From Podarcis erhardii (lineage: Eukaryota), in NCBI GenBank assembly GCA_964252035.1, contig OZ176200.1: DNA of 64,000 bases; one strand, given 5' to 3'. The notes beneath the pieces were generated by a model. That model saw only the letters and a program-made list of their open reading frames with translations. It did not search any database and was not told the origin of the DNA. This document shows, piece after piece, positions 13,136 through 25,287 of this stretch (position 1 is its first letter; every line of letters starts with the position of its first letter). A program made the position numbers and the translations under genes.

Positions 13136-14867
13136 AGTCACCAAGAAAACTGGAAATTCTCCCACTCGTTTCCAGTTCTTCCAAACAAGCAGCCTTTAAA
13201 CCACAAAGAGGCACAAGTGGCTAGAGCTTGCCAGAACCTTCAGGGTGCCCTTTGTTCTGGCAGCCTGCTTGGGGACCTGAGGCCGCAACCTCAGGGAATG
13301 TGCCAAGTACCTTCTGGGTTGCCATGCATGGGTCATATGCTGTGTATGGCATACGAGGCTGCATGCTGAAGAGGCCTATGGTAAGAGTTGTTCTTTCACA
13401 TTAATGCTACATTCCGATATGATATGACTTGTAGGTCACAATATGCTTAACTTCCTACATAAAAATTATTTCACTCCTAAGTTTCATCACTAGAAAATAC
13501 TTGCAATTTTACACAGTGCCGCCATGTTGTTGTGAGAAGATCTCAGACATGAGCACTGTTGCAGGACTGGTGGCTGAGATGCAATGTCGTGAGTTGTTCT
13601 GATGTGTAGTTGGGTGATGCTGATAAGCCCCTGGTTGTAGAGTGGCTGAAGGAATGCATATGAACAGGGTTAATCCTATCACCCATCATTACTTTCTAAG
13701 AAGGATTTGTAATAACAATGCTTCTTAAGGACCCAAGTTGAGGGAGAGATGGGAATGCAGAGAGAACATTTGTCCCACTCAGGCAAGTGTTTCTCATACA
13801 CTTAGTAACTACCTCCCCAAAATGCTTAGTAGCTTTGTAAACATATATGAAACTTCAATGCACAATATACCGGTAAGTCCATCTTTTCCCTGAACTCAGG
13901 GACAGACCACCATTGACCTTACATGATGCTGCCAGTGAATGCAAGATCAGGAATGGGGACAGACTGGCTCTGGGCACCATTATGTTTTGGGGAATAATAT
14001 AGGGCACTGGCAAGCCAAAAGCTAGTTTAAACCAATTGATTCATGCAAATAGAGATGAAAATTCTGTCAGATAAAGCAAGATTGTCACTAGTCCATAGTG
14101 ATCTGGGGAGCTGTGCAATGCTGTGAGACTCAAAATACCTCTCATCCCCTCCGCCCCACCCTCCAGTACATGTACTTTCTTCTCAGAAGAAGTCTGGTTA
14201 TCACTGAACACAGAGCTAATCAGGGGAGCAAAACACCTGAGCCCCGGCCCAATTTTCACTGCACCCAGTCAGGATCGGGAGTGGGGGACTGCATTCCTCT
14301 GGAACACAGCCTTAATGGCTATAAAACAGGAGAGTGTGTCTGATTATTATTATTATTTTTTTTTTAAAATCACAATGATGACAATGATGGACAGGTGCTT
14401 GAGTCAAACATGATACGCTAGTGCAATAGGGCCCAAAGTCACAATCTCCTTGATTCAGACACAATTCCAAGGACATTATCTGACCCCTCAGCTTATGTAG
14501 CTCTGGTCCTCTAGCCTGTGGACAGTAACTTCCTAATTTCAGCAGGAAAGGCAGAGATCCTGCCTCCTTCTTAAAAGAAATACGCTGAGGTAGGGAAACC
14601 AGTCATCTAACTTCAGTGAACAAGGTCCTCAAAAAGCAGCAGGCTGCGTTAGGCAGTGATTTTCTCCCTAACTAAAGAACACAAACCACGGTGTGGCATC
14701 CTTCGTGCTGACCTCCACTGTGGCGCCAGTAACAAAGCACCTAGGAAAGAATGCCACCATTCCCCATGCATCTTCCACAACTCTCACCTGCCCAGTGACC
14801 AGGTCCTCCACATTTTATCCCATGACTCAAAGCATGGGATTGGCTATTTGGGCCCTTATCTCCTACA

Positions 14868-15795
14868 CTAGAGGGCTGAGATCATGCAGTCCTCTTGTTT
14901 GGCAGGGCTGGTCATATTGCCAGTGGGAGTGGAAGTCCGGATTTTGTCAGTGGCCAGACATTCCTGGCTACTCATGCCTGTAGGAGTGAGGTCCATAAGC
15001 TCTCCAGAAGAACTCAGAGGGAAAGAAGGGGAAACTGATATGCCTGAGGAGGGATCTGTTGAGCCCGCAAATAACCTGGGGGGCTTTGGGACTAAGTTGG
15101 GCTCATACTGTGCTCTTAGCAGGATCTCCTGATCACTGACAGACTTGGGCATCTCAGCAAAATCACTAGTGCTGTCCGATACCATCATGCAGTAGATGTC
15201 CTGGAAGGAGCTGCTTTTGCTGTCCAGATTAAAGAGGCTGTCTATAAACTCGGCAAACTCCAACACTTGCGGACTGGGGTCATCACTGAGCCTCCCGTTC
15301 TGGAGGGTCAGTTCCTCCTGAGCAGTGAAGGAAACGTGGTCTGCATCGCTGCCAGCACCGCCGTCACTGCAACGCCGCTGAGGAGTGGTGTCTCCACTGT
15401 TGTGCAGGGCCTCAGGAGGCTGAGTCTCCTGGGAGTGTTTGGAGAGGCTGTCAGCAGCAAGCAGCTCTGTCCGTGAGCTGAGGGAGGGGTTTTCCTCAGG
15501 GATTGCTGGGTCAATATAAAAACAGTGAGTCTCATCTTTCTCCATGACTGCATGGAGGCTGGGTGAGCCGCGGATGCTACGAAAACCAGAGGAACGCCTT
15601 GAATCAAAGCTGTAGATGGATTCATTATCCGACAGGCTCTCCATTGTAGCAAGAGGAGCACGCCGGTCCTGCAGTTCAACAGACAGGCGTTCCTTGGTAT
15701 CTAGAAGCAGCAGCTCCACAGGATCCTTCTGCACTGGAGATAGAAGCTTGGTCTCATAAAACCCTTCCAAACTGATTTCAGAGTGAGCCTTACTC
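14868..15795 (-). CDS. DAGLA: DAGLA coding exon 19 (928 nt to stop; cytoplasmic tail)
   Basis: SKAHSEISLEGFYETKLL...RRAPLATMESLSD...FDSRRSSGFRSIRGSPSLH...EPNLVPKPPRLFAGS...DCMISAL*; includes PPxxF Homer-type motif; TAG at 14868-14870. Confidence 0.97.
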
Positions 15796-16009
15796 CTGCA
15801 AAAGGAGAAGACAAAAATATGAGACTAATACAAGGCTACGCTATGATCTCTTGGAACAAGCCACAGAAGAGAACACCGCAGATACAACTCCTCATTTATG
15901 ACATCACGATATCCACCAACACCACAGCAGTTATCACATAGCAGGAAGGAATACGTCCATCAGGGGTCTTTAGTAGATCTTTCTAGAAAAATCAGAGCCA
16001 CATCCTTAC

Positions 16010-16188
16010 TTAGTGCTGCTGTTCCTTCTGTCCACTACTATGTCTCCAATTCCAATCTGCACAGAAGGCCTAGGCAGAGGCTGATTCTGGAAGATTAACT
16101 CCGGGTTGAGGTCCACTTCTGTAGGACTCACCATCACTTTGGCTGCAGAAAGCAAGGCTGTTTTGCCTTTGTTATAATTCTCCAGTAC
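16010..16188 (-). CDS. DAGLA: DAGLA coding exon 18 (179 nt)
   Basis: VLENYNKGKTALLSAAKVMVSPTEVDLNPELIFQNQPLPRPSVQIGIGDIVVDRRNSST(K); CAG acceptor, GTAAGG donor. Confidence 0.95.
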
Positions 16189-16515
16189 CTGTGCAAAATA
16201 AATTGGTAGAAAACAGTTTTCTTCAGTTATCATTTCCAACCTAACCTCACTGACTTTTGACATAAAAGTCAAGGCCACAGCGTGCCTAAAATGGATCACA
16301 GTATCATGTTATATCAGTGCTTTTGATTTTCAACAAAATTTTTGTATGTAAGCCTCACATTTTGCTGGACTACATTTTGCTGGATACACAATCCCTTCAT
16401 CATAATGTCCGTCCTTTTCTTCATCCGTGAATCAGTTTGTTCAGATGTTCAGCACAAACTTTTTGGTTCGTCTTCTATCCCCTCTGGTACCTCCCCAAAT
16501 AATGCCCATTATTAC

Positions 16516-16645
16516 CTTGTTAAGACCCTCCATGACCACATAAGGCAGGTGTTCGTGTAGCATTGCTGGGGAAATTATCACTTCATTAAATGCTTTGTTG
16601 TCTCCCCAAATGGCAAAGTATGTGGGTTCCTCCTGATCACAGCAG
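16516..16645 (-). CDS. DAGLA: DAGLA coding exon 17 (130 nt; catalytic His)
   Basis: CCDQEEPTYFAIWGDNKAFNEVIISPAMLHEHLPYVVMEGLNK; CAG acceptor, GTAATA donor. Confidence 0.97.
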
Positions 16646-17652
16646 CTGGGGGGAAAGTCAAGAAAGGCACAGTCATGGGAAAGCAAGCAAATTAGAGGGG
16701 GAAGGAATGATGACCCCAGAGAAAAAACACTGGGACATACAGTGGGGCTGGTTGTAGGGGACATCACTCAAAAGACCCAAATGAATAACAGAACACAAAG
16801 GCAGTTCTTTCAGGCCCATATTCTAAGGCAGAAGCATTCATATCACATCTTGTCCTGCACAATTAACTGACATTATGAAATGCTATAATATGGGACCAGC
16901 AGAGAACAGAAACAAACAAGACTCAAGCAGTTATCTCCTGTCATCCATCTCTTTTCCCACTACAGTGCTCCTCTACTAAGTACCATTTCAGGCAGGAGCT
17001 AAACTGCCAAGAGAATAAAGCCACAGGCTTCTGCAGATACCTTGGTATCATGGTTATATTCCCAAGGTTAAAATGCCATCAAGAGTACCTGGTTATTACA
17101 TAATTTTGTCATTCTAACGCTCAGCTGCATTTCCCATTTTTTAATTCTATAACTTGGAATGTTACATTCAGCAGACCTGGCAAACAAAACTAGCTGCATG
17201 TAAATGCATACATAGAGGTTTTTTAATATTAATAGTTTATCCTTGATGAAATACTCATTGACTGCAGTGAACTACCTGGCCTAATCTTTGGTTTAGTGAG
17301 TGTCTTCTCAGTTTGGGTCAATTAGTCTCCCACCCAGATGTAAACCATCTTTTGTTCCTGGTTGGCTTTGCTTTTTGGTTGGGGGAGGGGGAGGTGGCAG
17401 TTGAAGACCCCAGCAATTTCCACTCACCACGGCTGGTACTATGGGATAAATGCAGAGCACATAAAACCAAACTAGAGTTCCCATGGGGAAAATTTAATAA
17501 TATCCATTTGTGCTGCACTATCAGTAAAGGTGCCACCAAAATTACAAGTTAGAAACTCTCAGAAAATAAGATCACCACCACCACCCCCCCACCCTGGCCA
17601 CCAAAAAAGCCCATCAGACAGTTTGCTGAATATTATCCCCAGCTCTACCCAC

Positions 17653-17849
17653 CAGCACTGTTCAGCAGGATGATTGTGAACAACATGAATGATGCGCCCA
17701 GGAGGATAGAGTGGTGTGCTTGCTGACAGGGCAATGGTTAAGTCACTAGGATGGGTCCAGAGGCGGTGACTGGTTACTGAATTCACTTCTTGCTCTTCAG
17801 GGAGCTCAGATTTGGGAATGCATTTTGTGGCACCCACAATGATTCTCCA
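17653..17849 (-). CDS. DAGLA: DAGLA coding exon 16 (197 nt)
   Basis: WRIIVGATKCIPKSELPEEQEVNSVTSHRLWTHPSDLTIALSASTPLYPPGRIIHVVHNHPAEQC(C); CAG acceptor, GTGGGT donor. Confidence 0.96.
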
Positions 17850-19596
17850 CTGTCCAAGAAAAGAGAAAGGAAAGGACGACTCTGAAGTAATGCAATTAAG
17901 TGCAAGGCTGAAGTGCTGACATTATATCATGGTACAAAGGGGAAAAGTTGAGAAAACTTCACATTAGTATTTGGGCTGATTGTTGTTGTTTTTTAAAAAA
18001 ATGCATTGTGTTCCCATTTGACACTCATAATGCAGAAAAGAAGGCAGCAATCACACTATGGACTAGATTCCTTGGTTTGTATATTAACAATAATAAAAAC
18101 ATGGAAAAACAGCCATATCTCTATCTATCTAGCTATCTCTATAAATCACTGTGCATATCTGATTATGAGTTCATGCATTCAGAGAAGAAGCTAGAGTTCA
18201 TCTCTAAGAAGCATCTGTCACCCAGGTTTCTACTTTGAGCAAGGACAAGTAGCAATCTCATTTGAAGGAGAAAACTTCCAATTTTTAGGGGCAACTAGTG
18301 ATGTCATAAATCTGATCATTTGTGAGCCAACCAATTACAGTTGTACCTTGGAAGCTGAATGGAATCCATTCCAGAAGTCCATTCGACTTCCAAAACATTC
18401 AAAAACCAATGCACAGCTCTTGCAGCCAATCGGAAGCCCCATCAGATGTTTGGCTTCCAAAAGAATGCTTGAAAACTGGAACACTCACTTTGGGGTTTCA
18501 GTCGTTCAGGAGCCAAAACATTCAAGAACTAGGCTGCTTGAAAACCAAGGTACAACTGTACTTATTAGTTATAGTTCAAATTAGACGGAAGTTTGGGGTT
18601 ATATTATTGTAAGAAAGAAAGGAGGGTAGTTGTCCAATAGGAAGTTATTAACATTTAGCAGGCAGTGTCTCAGGCAAACGCCCTCTTAGCAACAGTGATT
18701 AAGACATGCGAAATCTACAGAATCTAAATATAGGGAAAATATGATAACCCAGTCTGGTGACTTTCCAGGCCTGACATCACACACAAACAGAACTGCATTT
18801 GATCAAAAAGAATACTAATGTTAATATATAGAACTGCATCTCTCTTTACCTCATCAGAATAGCACCGTTTCCTTTTAATTTTGGCTCCTTTCCCTGATAG
18901 TGTATTTAATTAATACCTTCTCTTGTCTGCATACTGAGCTATCCCAGTATCACACAACACACAAGAAGCAGTTACAGAGTTTGCTTGTGTGTTACTTTCC
19001 CAGAGTAAACTTTTTAAAAATGTGTTATCACTGTTGTGCAAGTGTAACAGCCTTCAAAATACCTTGTCTTCTTAATGGCATATTAATGCAATTGAACAAT
19101 TGTGGAATGGGCAAATAAGAAAAACGATAATGGGAACTACCTTGAAAATAGATTCAACTAAGAATACCATCACCTTTTAACCCAGAGGGAATAGTCACAA
19201 GGGGATCAAGGAAGGCACATGTCAAACTATGCCAATATGCCCCAACTGGCCAGAGGCTAAATTATCAGATTTCTAACTAATTACATTTCACTACAAATGG
19301 AATTCAAGTAGTAAAAGGAAGCCCCTCTCTCATTTGAGACAGTTTTTAACAAGAAGGTAAGAGGCTACATTAATCTCTGGCTGTAGCCCAGGCAGATGCT
19401 ATATGACAGATACACATGAAATTTACATTTAGACTGTGAATCTGCAGTAAGGCAGACAAGGTCTAATCTTAAAATAACTAGGATTAGGTTGCTTATGCCA
19501 CTGCTGTGATCATGAATTTATCATAGACCTGGGACAGCAGCCAATGAAACATGAAATCCTAAACAAATAAAGGTGAAGCAGTAACTTTTTCAGCTA

Positions 19597-19840
19597 CAGT
19601 CATACCTCATGTTACATTTGCTTCAGGTTGAGCGTTTTCAGGTTGTGTCCCACGGTGACCCGGAAGTACCAGAAAGGGTTATTTCCGGGTTTCGCCACTC
19701 GCGCATGCGCAGACACGCAAAATAACATCACGCGTATGCGCAGAAGCGGCAAATCGTGACCCGCAAACGCAGGTTGCATTCTGCTAATGTTGCGAACGGG
19801 CCTCCGGAATGGATCCTGTTTGCAACCAGAGGTACCACTG
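19597..19840. mobile_element. Tc1/mariner (pogo/Tigger-like) MITE, family A, 244 bp
   Basis: TA-CAGTCATACCTC...GAGGTACCACTG-TA; TA flanks on both sides; CpG-rich interior. Confidence 0.8.
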
Positions 19841-20042
19841 TATTTTAAGAATGCATGTGACACAAATAATTTAATTTCAGATCGACTTGAAATCTTTCTT
19901 TATTATTTTACATATTAACCTGCCTAATTTTCATAACCTGCCTAATCTGGCTAACAGATTAAAACATCACAATGGAAATATATAGCAACCTCCATTTTAA
20001 CATCAAAAGCCTAAAAACACAAGAGAGTCCAACTCTTCTTAC

Positions 20043-20115
20043 CTTTGGTTTGTTACTTCTCTGCAGAACATCAAGAAGCTGCCGGCGAAATCCCTCCAGT
20101 TGTGACAGCCCAATC
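20043..20115 (-). CDS. DAGLA: DAGLA coding exon 15 (73 nt)
   Basis: IGLSQLEGFRRQLLDVLQRSNKPK; CAG acceptor, GTAAGA donor. Confidence 0.97.
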
Positions 20116-21507
20116 CTGAGGGATAAAGAATATCAGATGCACTGATGTGGGTATAACTATTATGAGGAGCACATACAGGAAAGTAAAGAGAGATGGGATC
20201 AGAGTAGACTTACCCATGGCTCAGTATAAGGCTATTTTATACAAATATGCTGAAGACAATTCCTAGCCCGTTAGAAAGATACGAGCGGATACATTACAGA
20301 TAATCCAACGAGTCAGTGAATAATACAGTAGGCAAACAACTTAACTAAAACTATAGATAACAAAAAATATGACACAGGGGTGTGAGAAGTCAATACTCAA
20401 AAGGGAAGCAGGCTATCAAAATCCATTTAACCAAGATAATGATTCAGAGATTTTAGATGCCATATGACAGGTAAAACAAGCAAACTAGGAAGACGGAATA
20501 AAAGTGTGAACCACTATCGAGATAATCATAGATAAACAGGCGGGAGATGCTTCTACATAATGGGTACTGAACTTTTTTTTCCATCTCAGGCAAAGAAAAG
20601 CAGGCAGCTTCCCACTCCAGCATGGAGAGACTGCAGTCTTCTCTGCCTCAGATGCGTGGAGGAGCATGATCTACATGAGGACAAAGGTACACTTGGATGA
20701 TTCCTCCCTTCGCACCTTCCTCTCCACTGCCATCTCAATAAATTTGGTGATGGGAGGCATTTAGTGGAATAATAGTTGGGTCATCCATGCTAACCTCATG
20801 GAAGGCCTGCATGCCACCCATGGGCCACAGATGTGTGCTAGGACAAAGAAAATGCAAAAGGATATGAGCTTTTAACATAAAAAAGAGCCAAGAACCTGAT
20901 ACACAATTGTGAGGTGGTGAGAAATGAAAAAGCACACAGGTAAGCAAGAGATGATAATGCACATAAAACGATACACAGTACACAAGTGTAAGGTGACACA
21001 GTTCACATACTACAGAGATGCTAGGCAGGAGTGAGGTGACAACACGTATAGCTCAAGATACAGTACAAAGATGGAAGATGACACGGAAGATATAGCCAGG
21101 AGACAATTCACAGGTGTAAGATGGCTCAGAAGAGGTGACCTGGGAGAGAGCACAAATGTGTAAATGACAGCACAGATAACTAAGGAGATGGCAAATAGAT
21201 GCCAGATGCCACAATGAACATAATTGTGGAATCAGAATATTCACCTTTGTCAGTAATACAGGCAACTGAGAGATAGGGGAGGGATATGCCAATACACAGG
21301 TATGCAATACATCAATGAATGAGTCCAGGTAAAAGACACAGCAATACAGGTAGCTAGGAAAAGCGGGACAAGCAAGACGGGGGGTTGAAGATTGGTAAAC
21401 AGGAAAATGAGCCAAATGTGAATTGGGATCTTTCAGAAAGGAAGCGCGGAGCTTTGGTATAAAACAAAGAAACACTGAAACAAGAAATTTCAGACTTCTT
21501 GACTTGC

Positions 21508-21576
21508 CTGGGGACTAGGTCTTTGCCTAGCACAACTGCAGTAACAAACTCTTTGGAGTACTCCATTGCATCCTCA
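21508..21576 (-). CDS. DAGLA: DAGLA coding exon 14 (69 nt; catalytic Asp); GC donor
   Basis: EDAMEYSKEFVTAVVLGKDLVP(R); TAG acceptor, AG|GCAAGT donor. Confidence 0.96.
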
Positions 21577-22385
21577 CTAGAAGGGAAACAAGAAGGAACT
21601 GGTGGGATTTCATTGTCAGAAAGGGACACTTAATATCCAATTAATTCTCTGAATCAGAAATGTCCGGTTTCCAAATTTATAAGGCTGGCACACTGCCTGT
21701 TTGCTAAACCAACAGCCCCCCCACCCCCGGTACTATTCTAGAGATCAAACTCTGAAATATACTCCAGTGTGGTAGCCCAAACATGAACTGAATCACCAGA
21801 GTAATCATCATATGTTGTACTTCATATGGGCAAATCCAGAGTGCATTTGAGAAACTCAGAAAGTGAAGAAACACTACATTGGCACCTGGATGGAAACATT
21901 TTTATATAATGAAAATGAGAGCAATACCAGAATGCCCAACACCAATATATAACTAAGCTAGCCCACATGAGGCTTAGTAGTAGAATGTGGTCTTAATTCC
22001 AAATAAGGAACCCACGCCCCAGATGTGTCACAAAGAAAAGAAACTTTAGAAATCAATTTCTTTCAGGGTTAATTGACCTGTGATTCTCCATCCAAATACA
22101 CTGATATGATTTACATCACTACTGATGTATTGAACAACTGTGGCCACAGAGTCTGTCATTATAGGCATCCCTCTGGGCATTCAACAGAAGCAACTCCTAT
22201 CTGTGACAGGGCACGTCAGAAGCTGACACCTGAGGTAGGTCAACATCCCGTTCTTAGCTTTCATTTTTTTTAAAGAAAATCCTTAAACCTGAAGATGCAA
22301 GCCTGAAAATGCACAGAACAGGCCTGCTAAAATCTCAGATGCTATGGCTCCCCCTTCCCTTTATTTAATAAATACAAATACTTGC

Positions 22386-22528
22386 CTTAAGAGTCCACCT
22401 GGGGGAGAGTAGGCATAGCACTTTAGAGTTGGGTACTGAGGACGCAGCAGGAAGGACAGAATGGCAGCTGTGCCTGCCCCTAAGGAATGGCCCACAACAA
22501 TTAGGCCATAGTGTTTTGTTCCTCTGCC
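22386..22528 (-). CDS. DAGLA: DAGLA coding exon 13 (143 nt; catalytic Ser, GHSLG); GC donor
   Basis: [47 protein letters not shown](S). The only phase-compatible donor at the homologous position is AG|GCAAGT. Confidence 0.96.
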
Positions 22529-23719
22529 CTACAAAACAAAAAACCATTAGGTATTTGCATAATTTGGCAATTCTTATCAAATCCTTCCCCCTTTAGCTAA
22601 AATATAAGAGAGTCTAATGTGAATCTCATCCCAGCCATAAACTCACTTAGGTGGCCTTAAGGCAAGCCACTCACAGATCCCTGCCCCAAATCTCCAACAT
22701 GGGGAAAAAGCCTTTGAGTATTACAGTAAGAGAATGTATGTAAGGCACTATAAATGCACTCAATTATAGGATAAATATAAAAAGCAAATCTTGAGCTCCT
22801 AAGTAATTACAAAAGTCTGGAGCCACAGTCTAAAGAACAGCAGGATTAATTCTGAAAACAGACTGATGCGAAAGAAAGGCAAGAAGATTGCAGAGCACTC
22901 CAAGGTTGCGTTATCTATTTCTGAGTTGTGTCATTTTTACATGTTTTACTTTTCATTCTGTTCTGCAATTTTAGAAGGCCCTCTCAAAACACATTATATA
23001 TTTAAGTACATATTTAAGGACAACATCAAAATGTGTATTTTAATATGCTTGAACAGCTAAGGACTGTATCTCAGCATTAGAGAAGTGTTAAAATCCTGTG
23101 GAAAGCTAAATTCCAATTTGCACATTAGTCCAAGATGTGTGAATCGGATCATTTCATATATATTCACAATGACTGAATTCCTTACACATCCTTATAGTAG
23201 GCTAATTCTTCTTTGAGCGCTTCCTGAAGAACATTTAGTATAGGCAGCATACACATACTCTGCTGTCAAAAGAATTATAGATGTAATGATAGAGCACACA
23301 TTGTAATTTGCTTTATAGAACAGATAGGTTAAGTTGTTCTTTATGTGTGCACACATGTGTGCAAAATTACTTTATAATTTATTGCAAGACTCAAGCAAGT
23401 CATTAATGTGGAAACTGATTTTCAATTGAATTTTACCTGTTTTTAGCATCTTGGAATAAGGTGATTTTTCTGCCTTCCTTTCCATTTCCTAACTTCAGTG
23501 ACTTATTTCCCCCCCAACACTGTTTCCAGTAACTGTTCAACAGAACAGTAAATTATTCAGCTGGTGGCCAAGGGCACTGAACAGCTACAAATGTTAGAAG
23601 TGTTCAGATGTTGACATTGTTTCTAGTAATTCAGACATAATGTTCCATAGTTAACAGAGGGACATGGGTGGAAATAGGAACCTATCTCCTGACCACAATG
23701 CACAGAAGCAAAGCCTCAC

Positions 23720-23800
23720 CAAATCCCGCCCAAAGGCCTGAGAGAGCACCATCTCCTGCTCCAGTTTCTTTTTGATGTACTCAGCAGACAGCACCATCCC
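23720..23800 (-). CDS. DAGLA: DAGLA coding exon 12 (81 nt)
   Basis: GMVLSAEYIKKKLEQEMVLSQAFGRDL; TAG acceptor, GTGAGG donor. Confidence 0.97.
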
Positions 23801-24970
23801 CTAAAAGGAGGAAGAAAGGACAAGTGAAAAGGTGAGTTTTAGCACAGCTGAGTGGCCTGCATCAGCACTTCAATAACATATCTGATCATACTCAAATGAT
23901 CAATGTGCTCTTAGTTTTTCATTTCTTTTTCCTGCAGACCCTCCCTGACTCCTCTTTCCCCCTCTCTCCTTGGACCATTTAAAGGGCCCTAGAACTATGA
24001 GGTCGCTCACCATCTCCAACATCAGCCAGCTATTGGTGAAGTGAGCTCTCGGTGGCTGAGGATCATGTTACCCATGGCTGATGGTTTTCATGAACATCCT
24101 GGCTCAGCAACCACCAGGGGTAGGAGGGCTGTTGCACAAACCTATTCTATTTTTCTTAAAGTCTTCTTTCTCCTGCTCTCACTACATGTGTCAGAGATAA
24201 AAAGGGCATGTTACACATTCTTCAGTCCTTCTCTAATACCTCAGCTGTTTTCCGTCTACTGGTTTTTCAATTCTAGCCATAACCAGAAGGGTTAATATTC
24301 ATTCCATGTCCCTTACATTGGCACTGTGCTTTCTATAGCCCAACACAACAGTTTTAGTAATAAAAAACCCCCCACTAATTGATTATACTCTTCCAGAATT
24401 TCCTTTTTTGACATATCTAATATATGGAAAAATAATCTGATTTTTCTCTCCTGCATCTCCAATGCTTATCACAGGGGCCATGCACCACGTACAAACCATT
24501 TTGTCATGGTTTCTCTTTATAATTGACCTATACTGATCATTTTCCAGGCGCTTACAGTGCTGCACAAGCATGGTGTCTTGCGTTGGGTGTGGCTGCAAGA
24601 CCGCAAATGGTAATGCTGCCTCATCAAGCACAGAGCCATTGTGCCTCATTGTAAACCTATTTCTCAATGCAGTAGCTTTTATGAACATTGGTTTTTTTGA
24701 ATTCAGTTCTGCAACAGTCAACTGTTTTCTGCACTCCAGCAACCTTGTGAAGTTATTACCAGGTGTTGGTTCTTGGTGTTTTTTTTTATTTGACTAGCAA
24801 CTTCGACGCACTTGCATTGTTACTTTTTCAGTAGTGGCACTTTACAGTTATGTCATGTCCTTCATGAAAGGATCACAAATCATTTTAAATCATTTGCTTT
24901 CAAGAGGAACTGAGAAAAGAGAGGGCTGAAATTATAGACCAACTAGGTAAAATAAGAAAGTGATGACTAC

Positions 24971-25048
24971 CTTGTGTCCAAGCCAGGTTCCATGATGACC
25001 TTCCACAGGGAGACGCTCAGCATCTCCAGTCAGGTCAGTCAGAGCATC
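24971..25048 (-). CDS. DAGLA: DAGLA coding exon 11 (78 nt)
   Basis: DALTDLTGDAERLPVEGHHGTWLGHK; CAG acceptor, GTAGTC donor. Confidence 0.97.
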
Positions 25049-25203
25049 CTGGAGAACCAACTGTATATTAGAATGAATCATAAAATGCTAATGAATCATT
25101 TCTACAAGAACAGTGCAATGTGAAATGTGGGAGCAGAGGATTCCTAGGAGCCTAGCATGAAATGGCATCTATTGTGAGTGAACAGAGCACGACTCAACAT
25201 TAC

Positions 25204-25287
25204 CTTTGGGGACAAAGTTCCTCGGATACTGATGACCACTTTCTTCTTCTCATGATCAACAGCAACATAGAAGGGAGTTTCATAGAC
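25204..25287 (-). CDS. DAGLA: DAGLA coding exon 10 (84 nt)
   Basis: VYETPFYVAVDHEKKKVVISIRGTLSPK (lipase class 3 IRGT motif); TAG acceptor, GTAATG donor. Confidence 0.97.

Noticed and set aside
1-14000. Expected mammalian neighbour MYRF downstream of DAGLA
   Set aside because: No MYRF first exon (MEVVDETEALQRFFE) or CpG island found. The MEVV-like string at ~48453 diverges immediately.
14884-15679. ORFs overlapping the last DAGLA exon (14884-15132 +, 15267-15476 +, 15308-15679 -)
   Set aside because: Antisense or alternative-frame shadows of a GC-rich coding exon; no independent signal.
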